A stretch of DNA of 38,439 nucleotides. It comes from Gemmatimonadota bacterium. Its GTDB lineage: Bacteria > Gemmatimonadota > Gemmatimonadetes > Gemmatimonadales > GWC2-71-9. The notes beneath the pieces are model-generated. The model was not told the origin of the DNA. It made no database searches and saw only the letters and a list, made by a program, of their open reading frames with translations. The stretch is taken from the NCBI GenBank assembly GCA_036679645.1, contig JAZDCY010000055.1:1-38439 (forward strand). Direction: 5' to 3'. This document shows positions 19,455 to 29,944 of this stretch, one piece after another; position 1 is the first letter of the stretch, and every line of letters starts with the position of its first letter. A program made the position numbers and the translations under genes.

Positions 19455-20672
19455 CTACCCCCACGCTGCGCTCATCACCCGCACCGCATTCCCCCCCATT
19501 ACCTTGGCGATGTCGTCGTCACCGTATCCGTGCTTCACTAGCCAGCGAATGATGTTGGTCGAGCCTTCGGTAGGATTCTCCAGTCCCTCCACGTACGCAA
19601 CCTTCTCGTGCCGGGGTTTCGCAGCGCCGCCCGAGGACTGTGCTTGCTCGATCGACAGCGCCGATGCGTAGACGTTGTGGAGACCCACGTGATCACCGTA
19701 TAGCGTATCGGGTCCGAACCCGACGTGGTCTATCCCTACGAGATCCTTGATGTACTCGAAGTGTTCCATGACAGAGTCGAGGGAATGGCGCGGCCACTGG
19801 TGCGTTATGGTGGTATGTGGTGCCGCCTCGATCCCAATCACACCTCCTCTGGCCGCGCAGGCTTCGAGCACGTCGTCGGGTGCAAGGCGGTTCGAGTCCC
19901 ACAGCGCCCGTGCGCCAATGTGGCTCAACACAATCGGCTGTTCGCTCGCGGCGATGACGTCCAATGTTGTCTGATCTCCGCAATGAGAGCAGTCGATCAA
20001 CATCCCCACCTTGTTCATGCGCTCGACGGCGCGGCGGCCGAACACGGTGAGCCCACCGTCGCGCGGTTCCCGCAGACCCGATCCGAGAGCGTTGGATTCG
20101 CTGTACGTGATCCCCATGGCGCGAATACCCAGCCCGTAGAGGATCTCGATCCTGTCCAGCTCGTTCTCGATCATCGCCGACCCCTCGACGGAGGCAAACC
20201 ACGCCACGCGTCCATCGTCATGTGCGCGCTGGATATCGCCCACGGAGGTGGCGTGGAAGACGAAGTCCTGATGTGCCAGGTCGCACAGACGCATCCCCAG
20301 GTCGTGAACGACTTCGGTCCATTTCCAGCCGCTCTTCGATTCGATGTTGAGGATGCCGTCCATGAGGTTGTCGATGACCGCGTCCCACTGCGACGCCGCG
20401 AGCCCGGCAAAGGCGGTGGCTGCTCGGCCCTCATGCGTGTAATCGGGCGACTCGCGAATGTCCGCCGGAACAGCGTACGCGTGCTCGTGCAGTGACACGA
20501 GTACGTTTTCGTCGACGAGGCCACGCACGCGCCGCTCGCCCGGCTCGTCCAAGGCCACCGTATGCGCCGGTACGCGGTCGATCTCGGGCGCCAGGTCGAA
20601 CGCCTCGTAGTCGCGATTCGGTGCTAGATACGCAAAGGACGTGTAGCTCGTTCCGCGTTTGGTGCGGCTCAT
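19455..20672 (-). CDS. Membrane dipeptidase (peptidase M19, amidohydrolase fold)
   Basis: SLHEH, SVEG, ITYSESN, GLTVFG..AVERMNKVGMLIDCSH, VLSH, GIDHVGFGPD, KVMGGN; ATG20672 overlaps SSS stop. Confidence 0.92.
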   Translation of the reverse strand: MSRTKRGTSYTSFAYLAPNRDYEAFDLAPEIDRVPAHTVALDEPGERRVRGLVDENVLVSLHEHAYAVPADIRESPDYTHEGRAATAFAGLAASQWDAVIDNLMDGILNIESKSGWKWTEVVHDLGMRLCDLAHQDFVFHATSVGDIQRAHDDGRVAWFASVEGSAMIENELDRIEILYGLGIRAMGITYSESNALGSGLREPRDGGLTVFGRRAVERMNKVGMLIDCSHCGDQTTLDVIAASEQPIVLSHIGARALWDSNRLAPDDVLEACAARGGVIGIEAAPHTTITHQWPRHSLDSVMEHFEYIKDLVGIDHVGFGPDTLYGDHVGLHNVYASALSIEQAQSSGGAAKPRHEKVAYVEGLENPTEGSTNIIRWLVKHGYGDDDIAKVMGGNAVRVMSAAWG

Positions 20673-22102
20673 GGCTTGGACTCCGGGAAGAAGATCCGAA
20701 GGTTCTCCGGCGATACGTGCTTGGAGAATCGAGAGACCGTGAGGAAGAGGACCAGGCTGGTCGCGACGCCGACCTCCACCGCGTCGATCCCGTGCGTCGC
20801 GAATCCGCGTTGGCCGGTGAGTTCCCAGACGAGACACGCCAGGAATCCTCCCAGCATGGCGGTGACGGCACCAGCGGCCGTGCCGCGCCGCCAGTTTAGA
20901 CCAATCACGACCGGTACGAAGAAGAAGCTGGCTATGAACTTCGTCTGCTCGATGACGATCGCCTGGACGTCCCCGTACTTCTGTAGCGCAAAGAACATTG
21001 GAATCACGGCGAGTACCACGATGCTGATCCTATTGACCAAGACCAGGCGGGCCTGCGTGGCGGCCGGCCGGATGAACTTGCCGTAGATGTCGTGCGCCAC
21101 GGCCGCACCGGTCACGAGCAAGACGGAATTGACCGTCGACATGATTGCCGAGAGCATCCCGACGATGAGCAACGAGCCCACGATGGGCGGCAGCACCTCG
21201 AACGCCATGACCGAGCTGGCTTGATCCTCGCTCGCGAGCGCGGGGAAGAGCACGCGCGTCTGGAGGCCGATCACCATGACCGCAAGCCCGATGATCAGTT
21301 GAAACCCAATCGAGACGCCGATTGCCTGTCTCACGGTGCGCTCGTCGCGCATCGAATAGAATCGGGTCATCTCGTACGGTGCCGCAGCAATCGACAAGCC
21401 GAACGCGGCGCCGAAGGCCACGATCTCCTTGGGCCCGTAGTACCAGCCAATCAATCGGTCGTCGAGTGATTCGAGAAAGGCGACGGACTGTCCCAACCCT
21501 CCGGTCAGGTCCAGCAACACGGGCACGGCGACCACCAGCCCCGCGACCATGACGAGTGTCTGGAGGAACTCGATGTAACTGCTGCTGCGCACGCCACCCA
21601 ACACCGTATAGAACACCGTGCTGGCCATCACTATCAGCATTGCGGTGAGGGGCTTGATCCCGAACACGGTAAGCGCGATCTCGCCGCTCGCCTGGAACTG
21701 TGCCACGAGATACACCGTGTACGACACGATGATGAGCACTGCCGCCAGAGCGCGGGCCAACTCGCTGCCGTAGCGGGCGGCGATGTAGTCGGGAACGGTG
21801 AGCGCGCCGAACCGTCGCAGTTTGGGCGCCACGAAGAACGCCGAAACGAGCCAGCCGGCCCACACGCCGAACCAGATCCACCAGAACGACACACCGGTCA
21901 GGTAGTGCCTGCCGAGCGTGCCGACGACCGTGCCGGCGCTGATCTGGGTCGCGGCGAGCACGGCGCCCCCGACGAACGGTCCAATGGAGCGGCCGGCGGC
22001 GAGGAAGTCCTCCTCGGTCTTCGTGCGGAACGCGCTCCAGATACCGATCCCGATCACGAGACCAAAGTAGAGCACGAGCACGACCGGAAGAGTGGCGCCC
22101 AT
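20669..22102 (-). CDS. Sodium:solute symporter family transporter
   Basis: DFLAAGRSIG, TVPDYIAARYGS, YTVLGG, SAIMSTVNS, GLNWRR; many TM helices. Confidence 0.93.
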   Translation of the reverse strand: MGATLPVVLVLYFGLVIGIGIWSAFRTKTEEDFLAAGRSIGPFVGGAVLAATQISAGTVVGTLGRHYLTGVSFWWIWFGVWAGWLVSAFFVAPKLRRFGALTVPDYIAARYGSELARALAAVLIIVSYTVYLVAQFQASGEIALTVFGIKPLTAMLIVMASTVFYTVLGGVRSSSYIEFLQTLVMVAGLVVAVPVLLDLTGGLGQSVAFLESLDDRLIGWYYGPKEIVAFGAAFGLSIAAAPYEMTRFYSMRDERTVRQAIGVSIGFQLIIGLAVMVIGLQTRVLFPALASEDQASSVMAFEVLPPIVGSLLIVGMLSAIMSTVNSVLLVTGAAVAHDIYGKFIRPAATQARLVLVNRISIVVLAVIPMFFALQKYGDVQAIVIEQTKFIASFFFVPVVIGLNWRRGTAAGAVTAMLGGFLACLVWELTGQRGFATHGIDAVEVGVATSLVLFLTVSRFSKHVSPENLRIFFPESKP

Positions 22103-22103
22103 G

Positions 22104-22667
22104 CTAGAGCGGTCCGGCGCGGCGACGATAGAGGTGCACGGCCCACGCAATGCTCGAGCACGTGACGAGCACGATCACGAACATCTGCGACGCGGTGTGC
22201 ATCGACCAGGTCCCGGCTGCCGGGGGTAAGCGCACGAAGCTCGGCACGTGCGCGACATCTGCCACCGCCGCGGAACCTGCCTCACTCGTCAGGCGCGGGA
22301 ATGCCTCGCTCAGGCGCACGTTCTGCTCCAGCCCGTGCACGTGTATGCGAACCGAACTCCGCCGCGACGGCTCCAACGCGCGGTCTGGAACAGGGAGGGG
22401 AACACGGTCGAGTCGCCCCGTGACGACGTAGCGGAGCGATGTGACGCCGGAGACGCGCAGCAGGCCGGCGCGGAACTCTCCACGCGCCAGGCTCGGCAGG
22501 TGGATGTTCTGGTCGCGCAGACGGATGATCGTTACGTCCGGCGCGGCGGCGCTGTCGCGCAGCGTGTAGTGTGCCTCGACAATGGCTGAATCGGCACCCA
22601 CGTCGATTGTGATATCCGCCGCGACGATCTGCAGGCTCGCGGCTGCGCCCGCCAGGGCCAGGAGCAC
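22104..22667 (-). CDS. Hypothetical exported protein with C-terminal TM anchor
   Basis: Hydrophobic N-terminus and C-terminal helix; stop 1 nt before the SSS ATG; first gene of the operon. Confidence 0.6.
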   Translation of the reverse strand: MLLALAGAAASLQIVAADITIDVGADSAIVEAHYTLRDSAAAPDVTIIRLRDQNIHLPSLARGEFRAGLLRVSGVTSLRYVVTGRLDRVPLPVPDRALEPSRRSSVRIHVHGLEQNVRLSEAFPRLTSEAGSAAVADVAHVPSFVRLPPAAGTWSMHTASQMFVIVLVTCSSIAWAVHLYRRRAGPL

Positions 22668-22698
22668 GGGGCTTTCTTCTCCGGTTCAGAGAGAGGAG

Positions 22699-22739
22699 AG
22701 CCTATCCCCCGATCTCGTGTGGTGTCAACATGCGTTGAC
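22699..22739 (-). promoter_or_regulatory. Sigma70 promoter with palindromic operator for the SSS/dipeptidase operon
   Basis: Minus strand TTGACA(22728-22723)-18 nt-TAGGCT(22704-22699); GTCAAC-ATGC-GTTGAC (22724-22739) overlaps the -35. Confidence 0.6.
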
Positions 22740-22760
22740 TAACGTGTGTGCAGCGTGCCC

Positions 22761-23909
22761 TTACCGCTCGAACATTTCCAACCACTGCAGGTCGTCCTCG
22801 TCGACGTTGACCAGGTAGACCTTGCCCGGCCCGAACCCGACGAGACGACGGCCTTCGGGAAGGGTGACCTGCCGCACGCGGACACCGCGTTCCCCGAAGA
22901 CGTCATAGGCGCGCTGGTCGCCATACGGCACGTGACGCTGTACCCAGATCGTCCCTTCAGGCGTGGCGGACGCGGCTTGTCGTGGAAACGGTGGTTTGAA
23001 CTCGGGCCAATCCTGGTCATCCGGATCTGGACGCGGCATCTGCATCGACCGGCCGCCGCCACCACCCATCCCGCCGATACCCACCATGACGGCGCCACCG
23101 CCGCCGAGCCGGTCTGCCCAGGCCTCCTTGTCAGCGTCGGTGACACGTACCGGGTCGTACGACACGATTGGCCCCGTGACCTTGGTGCCGTCAGGCGAGA
23201 CCCAGTCCACGCGATACGGATCTGCATGCACGATCGCGACACGGCCGTCCGGCGCCACGGCCCACCCTGCGGACATACGGTACGGCGACAGCCCGCCTGC
23301 AATGGAGAAGCTGCCGGATCCGCCAGACATCGACATCGTCTGGGCGCGGCCGTGCGTCACCGGTACGAGCGCCACGGTGTCCATCGTGCCTGCCGTCCGA
23401 TCGAACCGGATGACCGGGGCGCTCGGGTCACGCTCCACTTGTCCGTTTCTGAGTCGGATCCCGCCCTGGTCGAAATAGAGATAACCAGCCTCATCGCTCC
23501 CGGTAGGACGGAGGAAGAGGCTCTCACCCGCGACCATGTTGGTCGACTCGGTGAAGCGGCCGTCCGGTGTGATCACCGAGAGTCGCATGTTGCCCAGATC
23601 GACGAGCAGCGTCGCGTCGTCCGGAAGCGGCAAGAGCCCGGTCGGCATGCGGTACTCTCCCGGTCCACCACCGGCATGTCCGATCTCATCCATCGTTCCG
23701 GCGTGCATGTCCAGTATGCGGACCGCCTGTTCGAGGCGGTCGGCTATCACGACCCGGCCATCACTCAGCTCGCGCAGGCCGGTGACGTTCGAGAAGGGTT
23801 CGGGGAACGTGGTGAGTGGTTGTTCGAGTCGGATGCGTTGTTGCGCCTGCATCGGGATTGTGACGAACATCGAGGCGCAGGCAAGGGCTGCGAGGCGAAT
23901 CGCGGTCAT
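22761..23909 (-). CDS. Secreted six-bladed beta-propeller protein
   Basis: Signal peptide; LRELSDGRVVIAD, IGHAGGGPGEY, WAVAPDGRVA, TPEGTIWV blades. Confidence 0.78.
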   Translation of the reverse strand: MTAIRLAALACASMFVTIPMQAQQRIRLEQPLTTFPEPFSNVTGLRELSDGRVVIADRLEQAVRILDMHAGTMDEIGHAGGGPGEYRMPTGLLPLPDDATLLVDLGNMRLSVITPDGRFTESTNMVAGESLFLRPTGSDEAGYLYFDQGGIRLRNGQVERDPSAPVIRFDRTAGTMDTVALVPVTHGRAQTMSMSGGSGSFSIAGGLSPYRMSAGWAVAPDGRVAIVHADPYRVDWVSPDGTKVTGPIVSYDPVRVTDADKEAWADRLGGGGAVMVGIGGMGGGGGRSMQMPRPDPDDQDWPEFKPPFPRQAASATPEGTIWVQRHVPYGDQRAYDVFGERGVRVRQVTLPEGRRLVGFGPGKVYLVNVDEDDLQWLEMFER

Positions 23910-24218
23910 GAAATGCTCCGTTCAGTGGCGATTTGGTCTTTCAGCCTCTTTGATGCGTGATCCGAGGTGACGGTCGCACGTCCGGGCAACACACTCGGTC
24001 CTTCCTACGTTAAGAAACCTCGCTGTTTGCCGATCACTGGAGTAATTCGCGTGGCGCGGGCTCCGCCACTCCAAAGGGCTCACCGCTCAGGTGGTGCAGC
24101 GAAACAAGACAATCGGCTCGAAGATGATCACGTGGCACAGGCCAGACAGGTCGGCAGGGGCACATGTAAGTTGTTACTGAGCAATCATATAGATCGAATT
24201 AGCCGGGTGTTCTCGCAG

Positions 24219-24234
24219 AGGCACCGGGGTTGCC
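24219..24234 (+). promoter_or_regulatory. Candidate sigma54 (-24/-12) promoter
   Basis: AGGCACCGGGGTTGCC, GG-N10-GC, ~50 nt upstream of ATG24282, with an IHF-like site at 24166-24192. Confidence 0.55.
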
Positions 24235-24281
24235 TTTCCAAGGGGGCAGGCAACAACAGTCACTCTCAATTGGAGCGAACG

Positions 24282-25013
24282 ATGAAATCTAAGTCTCTGA
24301 TCTGGTTAGCCGCCGCGGCCTTCCTTGGTGCCTGTGGCAGCGGCACCGGTCCCGATGGGACCAGCGTGTCTCTCTCGTTGTCGGGTGGCGCAGCTGGCCC
24401 GAACCTCGCCATCGTAGCAGCCGATACCATGCGTGTTGGCCAGGACGAACTGATTCTGTCGAGCGTCGAGATCGTCCTGCGCGAGATCCGGCTCAAACGC
24501 GTCGACGTCCTCGACTGCGATGTCGAGCCGGAGCCCGAAGGGTGTGAGAAGTTCGAGACCGCCGCAATACTGGCGACGATTCCGTTGGACGGCTCCGCCC
24601 AGCAGGTGTTCAGCATCGAGATCGATCCGGGTGAGTACGATCGCGTCGAGTTCAACGTGCACAAGGTGAGCGACGACGTTGAGGACGCGGCGTTCCGGGA
24701 GCAGTATCCGGATCTCGTGGGGACCAGCGTGCGGGTCCGCGGGCTGTACAACGGGAGCGAGTTCACGTTCACGAGCGACCTCAATGACAAGCAGGAGTAC
24801 CAGCTCGTGCCGCCGATCACCGTCACCGACGGGACGGCCACGAACGTGACCCTGCACCTCGACCTTTCCGATTGGTTCACCGATGCCACGGGCGCTTTGG
24901 TGGATCCGGTGAGCGCCAGCAAGGGCGGCGTCAACGAGAACACGGTGAGGGACAATATCCGTACCTCGATCGACGTGTTTGAGGACGGCGACCGGGACGG
25001 TTCACGCGGGTAG
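24282..25013 (+). CDS. Hypothetical lipoprotein (DUF4382-like beta-sandwich)
   Basis: MKSKS...FLGAC lipobox, GGAG RBS, GEYDRVEF, C-terminal DGDRDG loop. Confidence 0.75.
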   Translation: MKSKSLIWLAAAAFLGACGSGTGPDGTSVSLSLSGGAAGPNLAIVAADTMRVGQDELILSSVEIVLREIRLKRVDVLDCDVEPEPEGCEKFETAAILATIPLDGSAQQVFSIEIDPGEYDRVEFNVHKVSDDVEDAAFREQYPDLVGTSVRVRGLYNGSEFTFTSDLNDKQEYQLVPPITVTDGTATNVTLHLDLSDWFTDATGALVDPVSASKGGVNENTVRDNIRTSIDVFEDGDRDGSRG

Positions 25014-25045
25014 TCCACTGCGCGCTGTTTCGTTCGCGAATGCGA

Positions 25046-25086
25046 GAGGGCGGCCTCCGGTAATCCGGGGGCCGTTCTCCTTTGTG
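25046..25086 (+). terminator. Rho-independent terminator
   Basis: GAGGGCGGCCTCCGG-TAAT-CCGGGGGCCGTTCTC then CTTTGT. Confidence 0.7.
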
Positions 25087-25293
25087 ATCGTCTTCCATGA
25101 GGTCATGTCTCTCTCCGAACTTGGTTTGCGGCGTGAGAGGCTTGCGGAGAGGCGCCCAGCCTATGCGCCGGGACCCGGCCTCGCCGGGGCCTGATCCTGT
25201 GGCATCGAGGTCGGGGAATCCACTTGGCACCGGCCCCGTATCCGGCCATGTTGTGATCGGTATGCCACTGCCCCATACAGGCACGATGACCCA

Positions 25294-26975
25294 ATGACCC
25301 CACTCATCGAGTGCGTCCCGAACTTCAGTGAGGGACGCGACCTCAGTGTTATCAAGCAGATCACCGACAGCATCGAGGCAGTCGATGGAGTGAAACTGCT
25401 CGATGTCGATGCCGGACGGGCCACGAATCGCACGGTGGTCACGTTCGTCGGCGCTCCGGACCCCGTGATGGAGGCAGCTTTCCGGGCCGTTGCACAAGCT
25501 GCCACGCTGATCGACATGCGAAACCACACGGGCGAGCATCCTCGCTTTGGGGCTACCGACGTGTGCCCGCTCGTCCCGGTTGCTGGGATCTCGATGGATG
25601 AGGCGGATCGGAGCTGGGGATTCCGGTTTACCTGTATGAGCAGGCGGCGTTGCGTGCCGAGCGCAGCAACCTCGCCGTCGTGCGTGCGGGCGAATACGAA
25701 GGGTTGAGAGACAAGGTCGCGCGTTCGGAGGGAAAGCCAGATTTCGGACCCGGGACCTTCAACGCGAAGAGCGGTGCCACGGCGGTGGGGGCGCGTGACT
25801 TTCTGGTGGCGTACAACATAAACCTCAACACAACCTCCACCCGCCGGGCCAACGCCATTGCGTTCGATGTCCGGGAGAAGGGACGGATTGAGCGTGAGGG
25901 GGATTCGCTCACTGGTGAGATCGTACGTGATGCGGACGGGCAGCCCGTCTGGACGCCCGGATCCCTCGAGAGCGTCAAGGGGATCGGCTGGTACATAGAG
26001 GAATACGGTATTGCGCAGGTTTCCCTGAACCTCACGAACCTATCCGTCACGCCCATACACATCGCATTCGACGAGGTATGTGCCAAGGCGGCGGCGCGCG
26101 GCGTGCGGGTGACCGGGTCCGAACTCGTCGGACTCGTACCGCTTCAGGCTATGCTGGACGCGGGGCGCTACTTCCTGAAGAAGCAGCATCGATCGGTGGG
26201 TATCGCCGATTGGAAGATCATCAAGATTGCGGCGAGATCTCTGGGGCTCGACGATCTCTATCCGTTCAGGACCGATGAAAAGATCATCGAGTACGCCATG
26301 GCGGCCACGGATCGTTCCGAAAGCGAGGCGGCCTCGGAGCCGATCGAGCGCGGATTGGTTGGCAGGACGGTGCGTCGGTTCGTAGAGGAGACCGCGTCGG
26401 AGTCGGTAGCGCCCGGTGGTGGCTCGGTCTCGGCGGCGGTAGGCGCGCTTGGCGCGGCACTTGGCACCATGGTGGCCAACCTATCGTCACACAAACGCGG
26501 GTGGGATGAGCGGTGGGAGGAGTTTTCCAATTGGGCCGAGCGCGGGAAGCGGCTGCACGACGAGCTGCTGCGGCTCATCGATGCGGATACCGAGGCCTTC
26601 AACGAGGTGATGGCGGCTTTCAAGTTGCCCGAGGGGACCGACGAAGAGCGTTCGTCGCGCGCCGCGGCGGTGGAGGCGGCGACCAAGCGGGCGATCGAGG
26701 TGCCGCTCCTGGTGATGGAGGCTGCCCTCGCGTCGATGGAGATCACGGGGCGGATGGCCGATATCGGTTTGCCCAGCTCGGCGTCGGACGCCGGTGTGGG
26801 CGCTCTCTGTGCGCGGGCCGCCGTGCGCGGTGCGTATCTCAACGTGCGCATCAACGCGAAGGATCTCACCGATCGTGCATACGTCGACGATGTGTTGGGA
26901 CGTGGGGGGGAAATGGTCGCCCGCGCCGAAGAACTGGAGCGGGAAACGCTCGCCTTGCTGGACGGAAAGATGTGA
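25294..26975 (+). pseudogene. ftcD: Glutamate formimidoyltransferase / formiminotetrahydrofolate cyclodeaminase, disrupted near 25604
   Basis: LIECVPNFSEGRD, GEHPRFGATDVCP in the first frame; GSELGIPVYLYE, GARDFLVAYN, APGGGS, SDAGVG in a shifted frame. Confidence 0.85.
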
Positions 26976-26981
26976 TTCGAC

Positions 26982-27386
26982 TTATCGAGCGCTCAGAGCA
27001 CCGGCCGCGGCGTCGAGGACCACCCGGATGTTCTCGAACGACAGTCGGTCACGAGCCTCCGCGTAGCGTAGCCACTCACAGGTTCTCCCTTCGGCGTGAT
27101 CTCCCTGGGCCACTGCGCGAATGAGGAAATAGGTGACCTCGATCTCGTCTTCCCCGTGCTCGTAGGTCGCGGTCCCAATCCGGCCCACCAACTCGCCCTC
27201 CACGCCGGCCTCCTCGTGCAGTTCCCGAATGGCAGCGTCCTCGGGATCCTCACCACCGTCGATGTGGCCCTTGGGAAAGAGCCAGTGCTCCGGGTTGTCC
27301 CGTGCGGTGACGATCAGGAATTCCGGGACATCGCCCGCCATCCTGACCGCGATCGCTCCGGCTTCCGGTATCGGCATCGCTCCCAC
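26982..27386 (-). CDS. Nudix hydrolase
   Basis: WLFPKGHIDGGEDPEDAAIRELHEEAGV Nudix box; alternative start ATG27377. Confidence 0.92.
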   Translation of the reverse strand: MGAMPIPEAGAIAVRMAGDVPEFLIVTARDNPEHWLFPKGHIDGGEDPEDAAIRELHEEAGVEGELVGRIGTATYEHGEDEIEVTYFLIRAVAQGDHAEGRTCEWLRYAEARDRLSFENIRVVLDAAAGALSAR

Positions 27387-27660
27387 TGCGAAGAAGCAAC
27401 AAAATGGGCAGAAAATGGTGGTCGCGTTCTTCCGCGGCCAGCCCCGCAGGAAACGTGTTCATCCCGCTTCGGGGCGCATGACCTGAATCGGCCCCGCAGG
27501 TCCAGCGGACTGGAAGTTGCACTCATAAGCGGTAGATTAGCTAGGATTTTCCATACCTCTGGGGCGGGGATAGACAGAATGGACACGGACATCATCTCGG
27601 CGGCGGATCAGAGTCACAAGCGCTGCCGCCCGGTATCGACTACATGATCTCGAGATACGC

Positions 27661-29940
27661 GTGAGTTCCACGGCAAGCTGCGCGGCCTGCGGGTCCGAGG
27701 TCGATGCGGGCGCGAGATTCTGCGCCGGTTGTGGTTCTGACGTCACGGGCCAGCAGGGGGGAGTCGCTACCCAGTACGTCAAGCCGTCGTCCGCCCAGCA
27801 AGCGGAGGACCAGTTGCTCGAGACGTTGCGGAGCGCGACGCTCGGTGATTACGAGGTCCTAACCCAGTTGGGCCAGGGCGGCATGGCGACGGTGTATCTG
27901 GCCCACGACATCTCGCTCGATCGTAAGGTCGCCATCAAGGTCATGAATCCCGCCCTCGTCTCGGGCGAGGGCATGGTCGAGCGTTTCAAGCTCGAAGCCC
28001 GCACCTCCGCAGGCCTGTCTCACGCGCACATCATCCCGATCTATGCGGTAAAGGAGATGGACGATCTCCTCTTCTTCGTCATGAAGTTCATCGACGGGCG
28101 TCCGCTCGACTCGATCATCAAAGAAGCCGCCCCGCTGCCGATCCCCATGGTGCGCGCGGTGATCGCAAAGGTGGCGGAAGCACTCGGGTACGCACACCGG
28201 CGCGGGGTCGTTCATCGCGACATCAAGCCGGCCAACATCATGATCGACGCCGAGGGCGCGCCGATCGTGACGGATTTCGGCATTGCCAAGGTCGCCGACC
28301 AACAAGGGCTCACGATGACGGGTGCCACGATCGGCACGCCCACCTACATGAGTCCAGAGCAGTGCAATGCGCTCGCCATCACCGGTGCGTCAGATCAGTA
28401 CTCGCTGGGCGTGATGGCGTACGAGATGCTCACCGGAAGACCGCTCTTCGACGGCGACTCCGTGATGACCATCATGTTCAAGCACGTGCACGACGAGCCG
28501 CCGGCGCCCGATGAGTTCGGTTCGGAGGTTCCTGCCGACCTCGGCGGCGCCATCACGAAGATGCTGCAGAAGAAGCCCGAAGATCGCTGGGAGACGATGG
28601 AGGCGGCGCTTCCCAGCATCAGCGGCGGGCAGACAGCGTATGACGATTCGGCGCGCACCGCCCTGATTGAGTTTGCCAAGCACAGTGAGAATCGTGACAT
28701 CCTCGCGCGGGTCAGCACACCGCGTAGTCCAATACCGCTTTCCGCGACGGGAGCGCCAATCGATTCGGCCGAGACGGTGCGCTTCAGCTCGGGTGTCGTG
28801 ACCGGTGCCGCGCCTGGCCGGACCGTCGTCACGGCGCCCAAGAAGTCGCGCAAGGGTCTGTGGCTGGGGCTCGGCGGGCTGGTCGTAGTGGGCGCGGTCG
28901 CGGCGGCAGTGGTCCTCGGGCCGATGAGCGGGGGCCAAACCGCGCAGACCACGCAGCCCGTCGCGATCGGTGATCTTCAGCAACCCGCAGCCAATCCGAA
29001 TGCGGCGGCCACTACCGATCCCACATCAGAGCCCGCGTTGCCGACCGGACAGATCGATTCCGCGCCCACGGCCGCGGTCGATAACCAGTCTGTGAGGCCT
29101 GCGGCGGTACAAAGCGTCCGTATCGTGAGTCCCCCGGCATCGATTTTGGCTGGGCAGAGCGTGACGTTGCGTGCGACCGTCACCGATGCGAACGGCGCCG
29201 CCGTGAACCGTCGCGTGAGTTGGCAATCGTCCAACTTGGGCACGGCGCAGATCGGGGCATCCGGCGTCGTGCAGGCGATCGCGCCCGGGACGACGACTAT
29301 CTCGGCCACCGTCGACGGACGCAGTGATGATGTCCTGCTCACGGTGTCGGCCATACCGGTCGCGAGGGTGACCGTGGCACCCACCCGGCGGACGCTCGAG
29401 GTGGGTGATACGGTACAGCTCAACGCCACGCCCGCAGACCAGAGCGGGACAGCGCTCCAGAATCGTCCGGTGAACTGGTCGTCCAGTAGCAATGCGATCG
29501 CCACAGTCAGTGCCACCGGGTTGGTGCGGGCAGTCGCCGCGGGAACCGCCACGATCACGGCGACGAGCGAGGCACGCACGGCCACTGCCTCAGTGACGGT
29601 GAACGCACCGGTAGTGGCCGTGGATCATCACGTGCTCATCGAGCAGACCATTCAAGACTATGCCGATGCTCTCGAGGCCAAGGACATCGACGCGGTTCGG
29701 GTAGTGTATCCCGGACTGCCGTCCGATCGCGAAAAGCAGCTGCGCGACGCGCTGCCCGCAATGAACGATCTGCGGGTCCGCCTGTCGCTCGGAAGCATCG
29801 ATATAGACGGTAATCGCGCTTTCGTGGAAGTGACCGGGCAGTGGCTGTTCAATGCCGGTGGGAACCGGGAGCTGCCCGCCGACAACCAGTATGTGCTCGC
29901 CCGGCGCGGCGCTCGTTGGGTCATCACTGACATCAGGTAA
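27661..29940 (+). CDS. Membrane Ser/Thr protein kinase: zinc ribbon, kinase, TM, two Big_2 Ig domains, NTF2-like tail
   Basis: CAAC/CAGC; GQGGMATVY, VAIK, HRDIKPAN, DFG, GTPTYMSPEQ; TM GLWLGLGGLVVVGAVAAAVVL; VSWQSSN/VNWSSSSNAIATVS repeats. Confidence 0.93.
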   Translation: MSSTASCAACGSEVDAGARFCAGCGSDVTGQQGGVATQYVKPSSAQQAEDQLLETLRSATLGDYEVLTQLGQGGMATVYLAHDISLDRKVAIKVMNPALVSGEGMVERFKLEARTSAGLSHAHIIPIYAVKEMDDLLFFVMKFIDGRPLDSIIKEAAPLPIPMVRAVIAKVAEALGYAHRRGVVHRDIKPANIMIDAEGAPIVTDFGIAKVADQQGLTMTGATIGTPTYMSPEQCNALAITGASDQYSLGVMAYEMLTGRPLFDGDSVMTIMFKHVHDEPPAPDEFGSEVPADLGGAITKMLQKKPEDRWETMEAALPSISGGQTAYDDSARTALIEFAKHSENRDILARVSTPRSPIPLSATGAPIDSAETVRFSSGVVTGAAPGRTVVTAPKKSRKGLWLGLGGLVVVGAVAAAVVLGPMSGGQTAQTTQPVAIGDLQQPAANPNAAATTDPTSEPALPTGQIDSAPTAAVDNQSVRPAAVQSVRIVSPPASILAGQSVTLRATVTDANGAAVNRRVSWQSSNLGTAQIGASGVVQAIAPGTTTISATVDGRSDDVLLTVSAIPVARVTVAPTRRTLEVGDTVQLNATPADQSGTALQNRPVNWSSSSNAIATVSATGLVRAVAAGTATITATSEARTATASVTVNAPVVAVDHHVLIEQTIQDYADALEAKDIDAVRVVYPGLPSDREKQLRDALPAMNDLRVRLSLGSIDIDGNRAFVEVTGQWLFNAGGNRELPADNQYVLARRGARWVITDIR

Positions 29941-29944
29941 GCCT

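Noticed and set aside
25590..25650. Programmed ribosomal frameshift in ftcD
   Set aside because: No slippery run, and conserved residues appear to be missing, which fits a deletion
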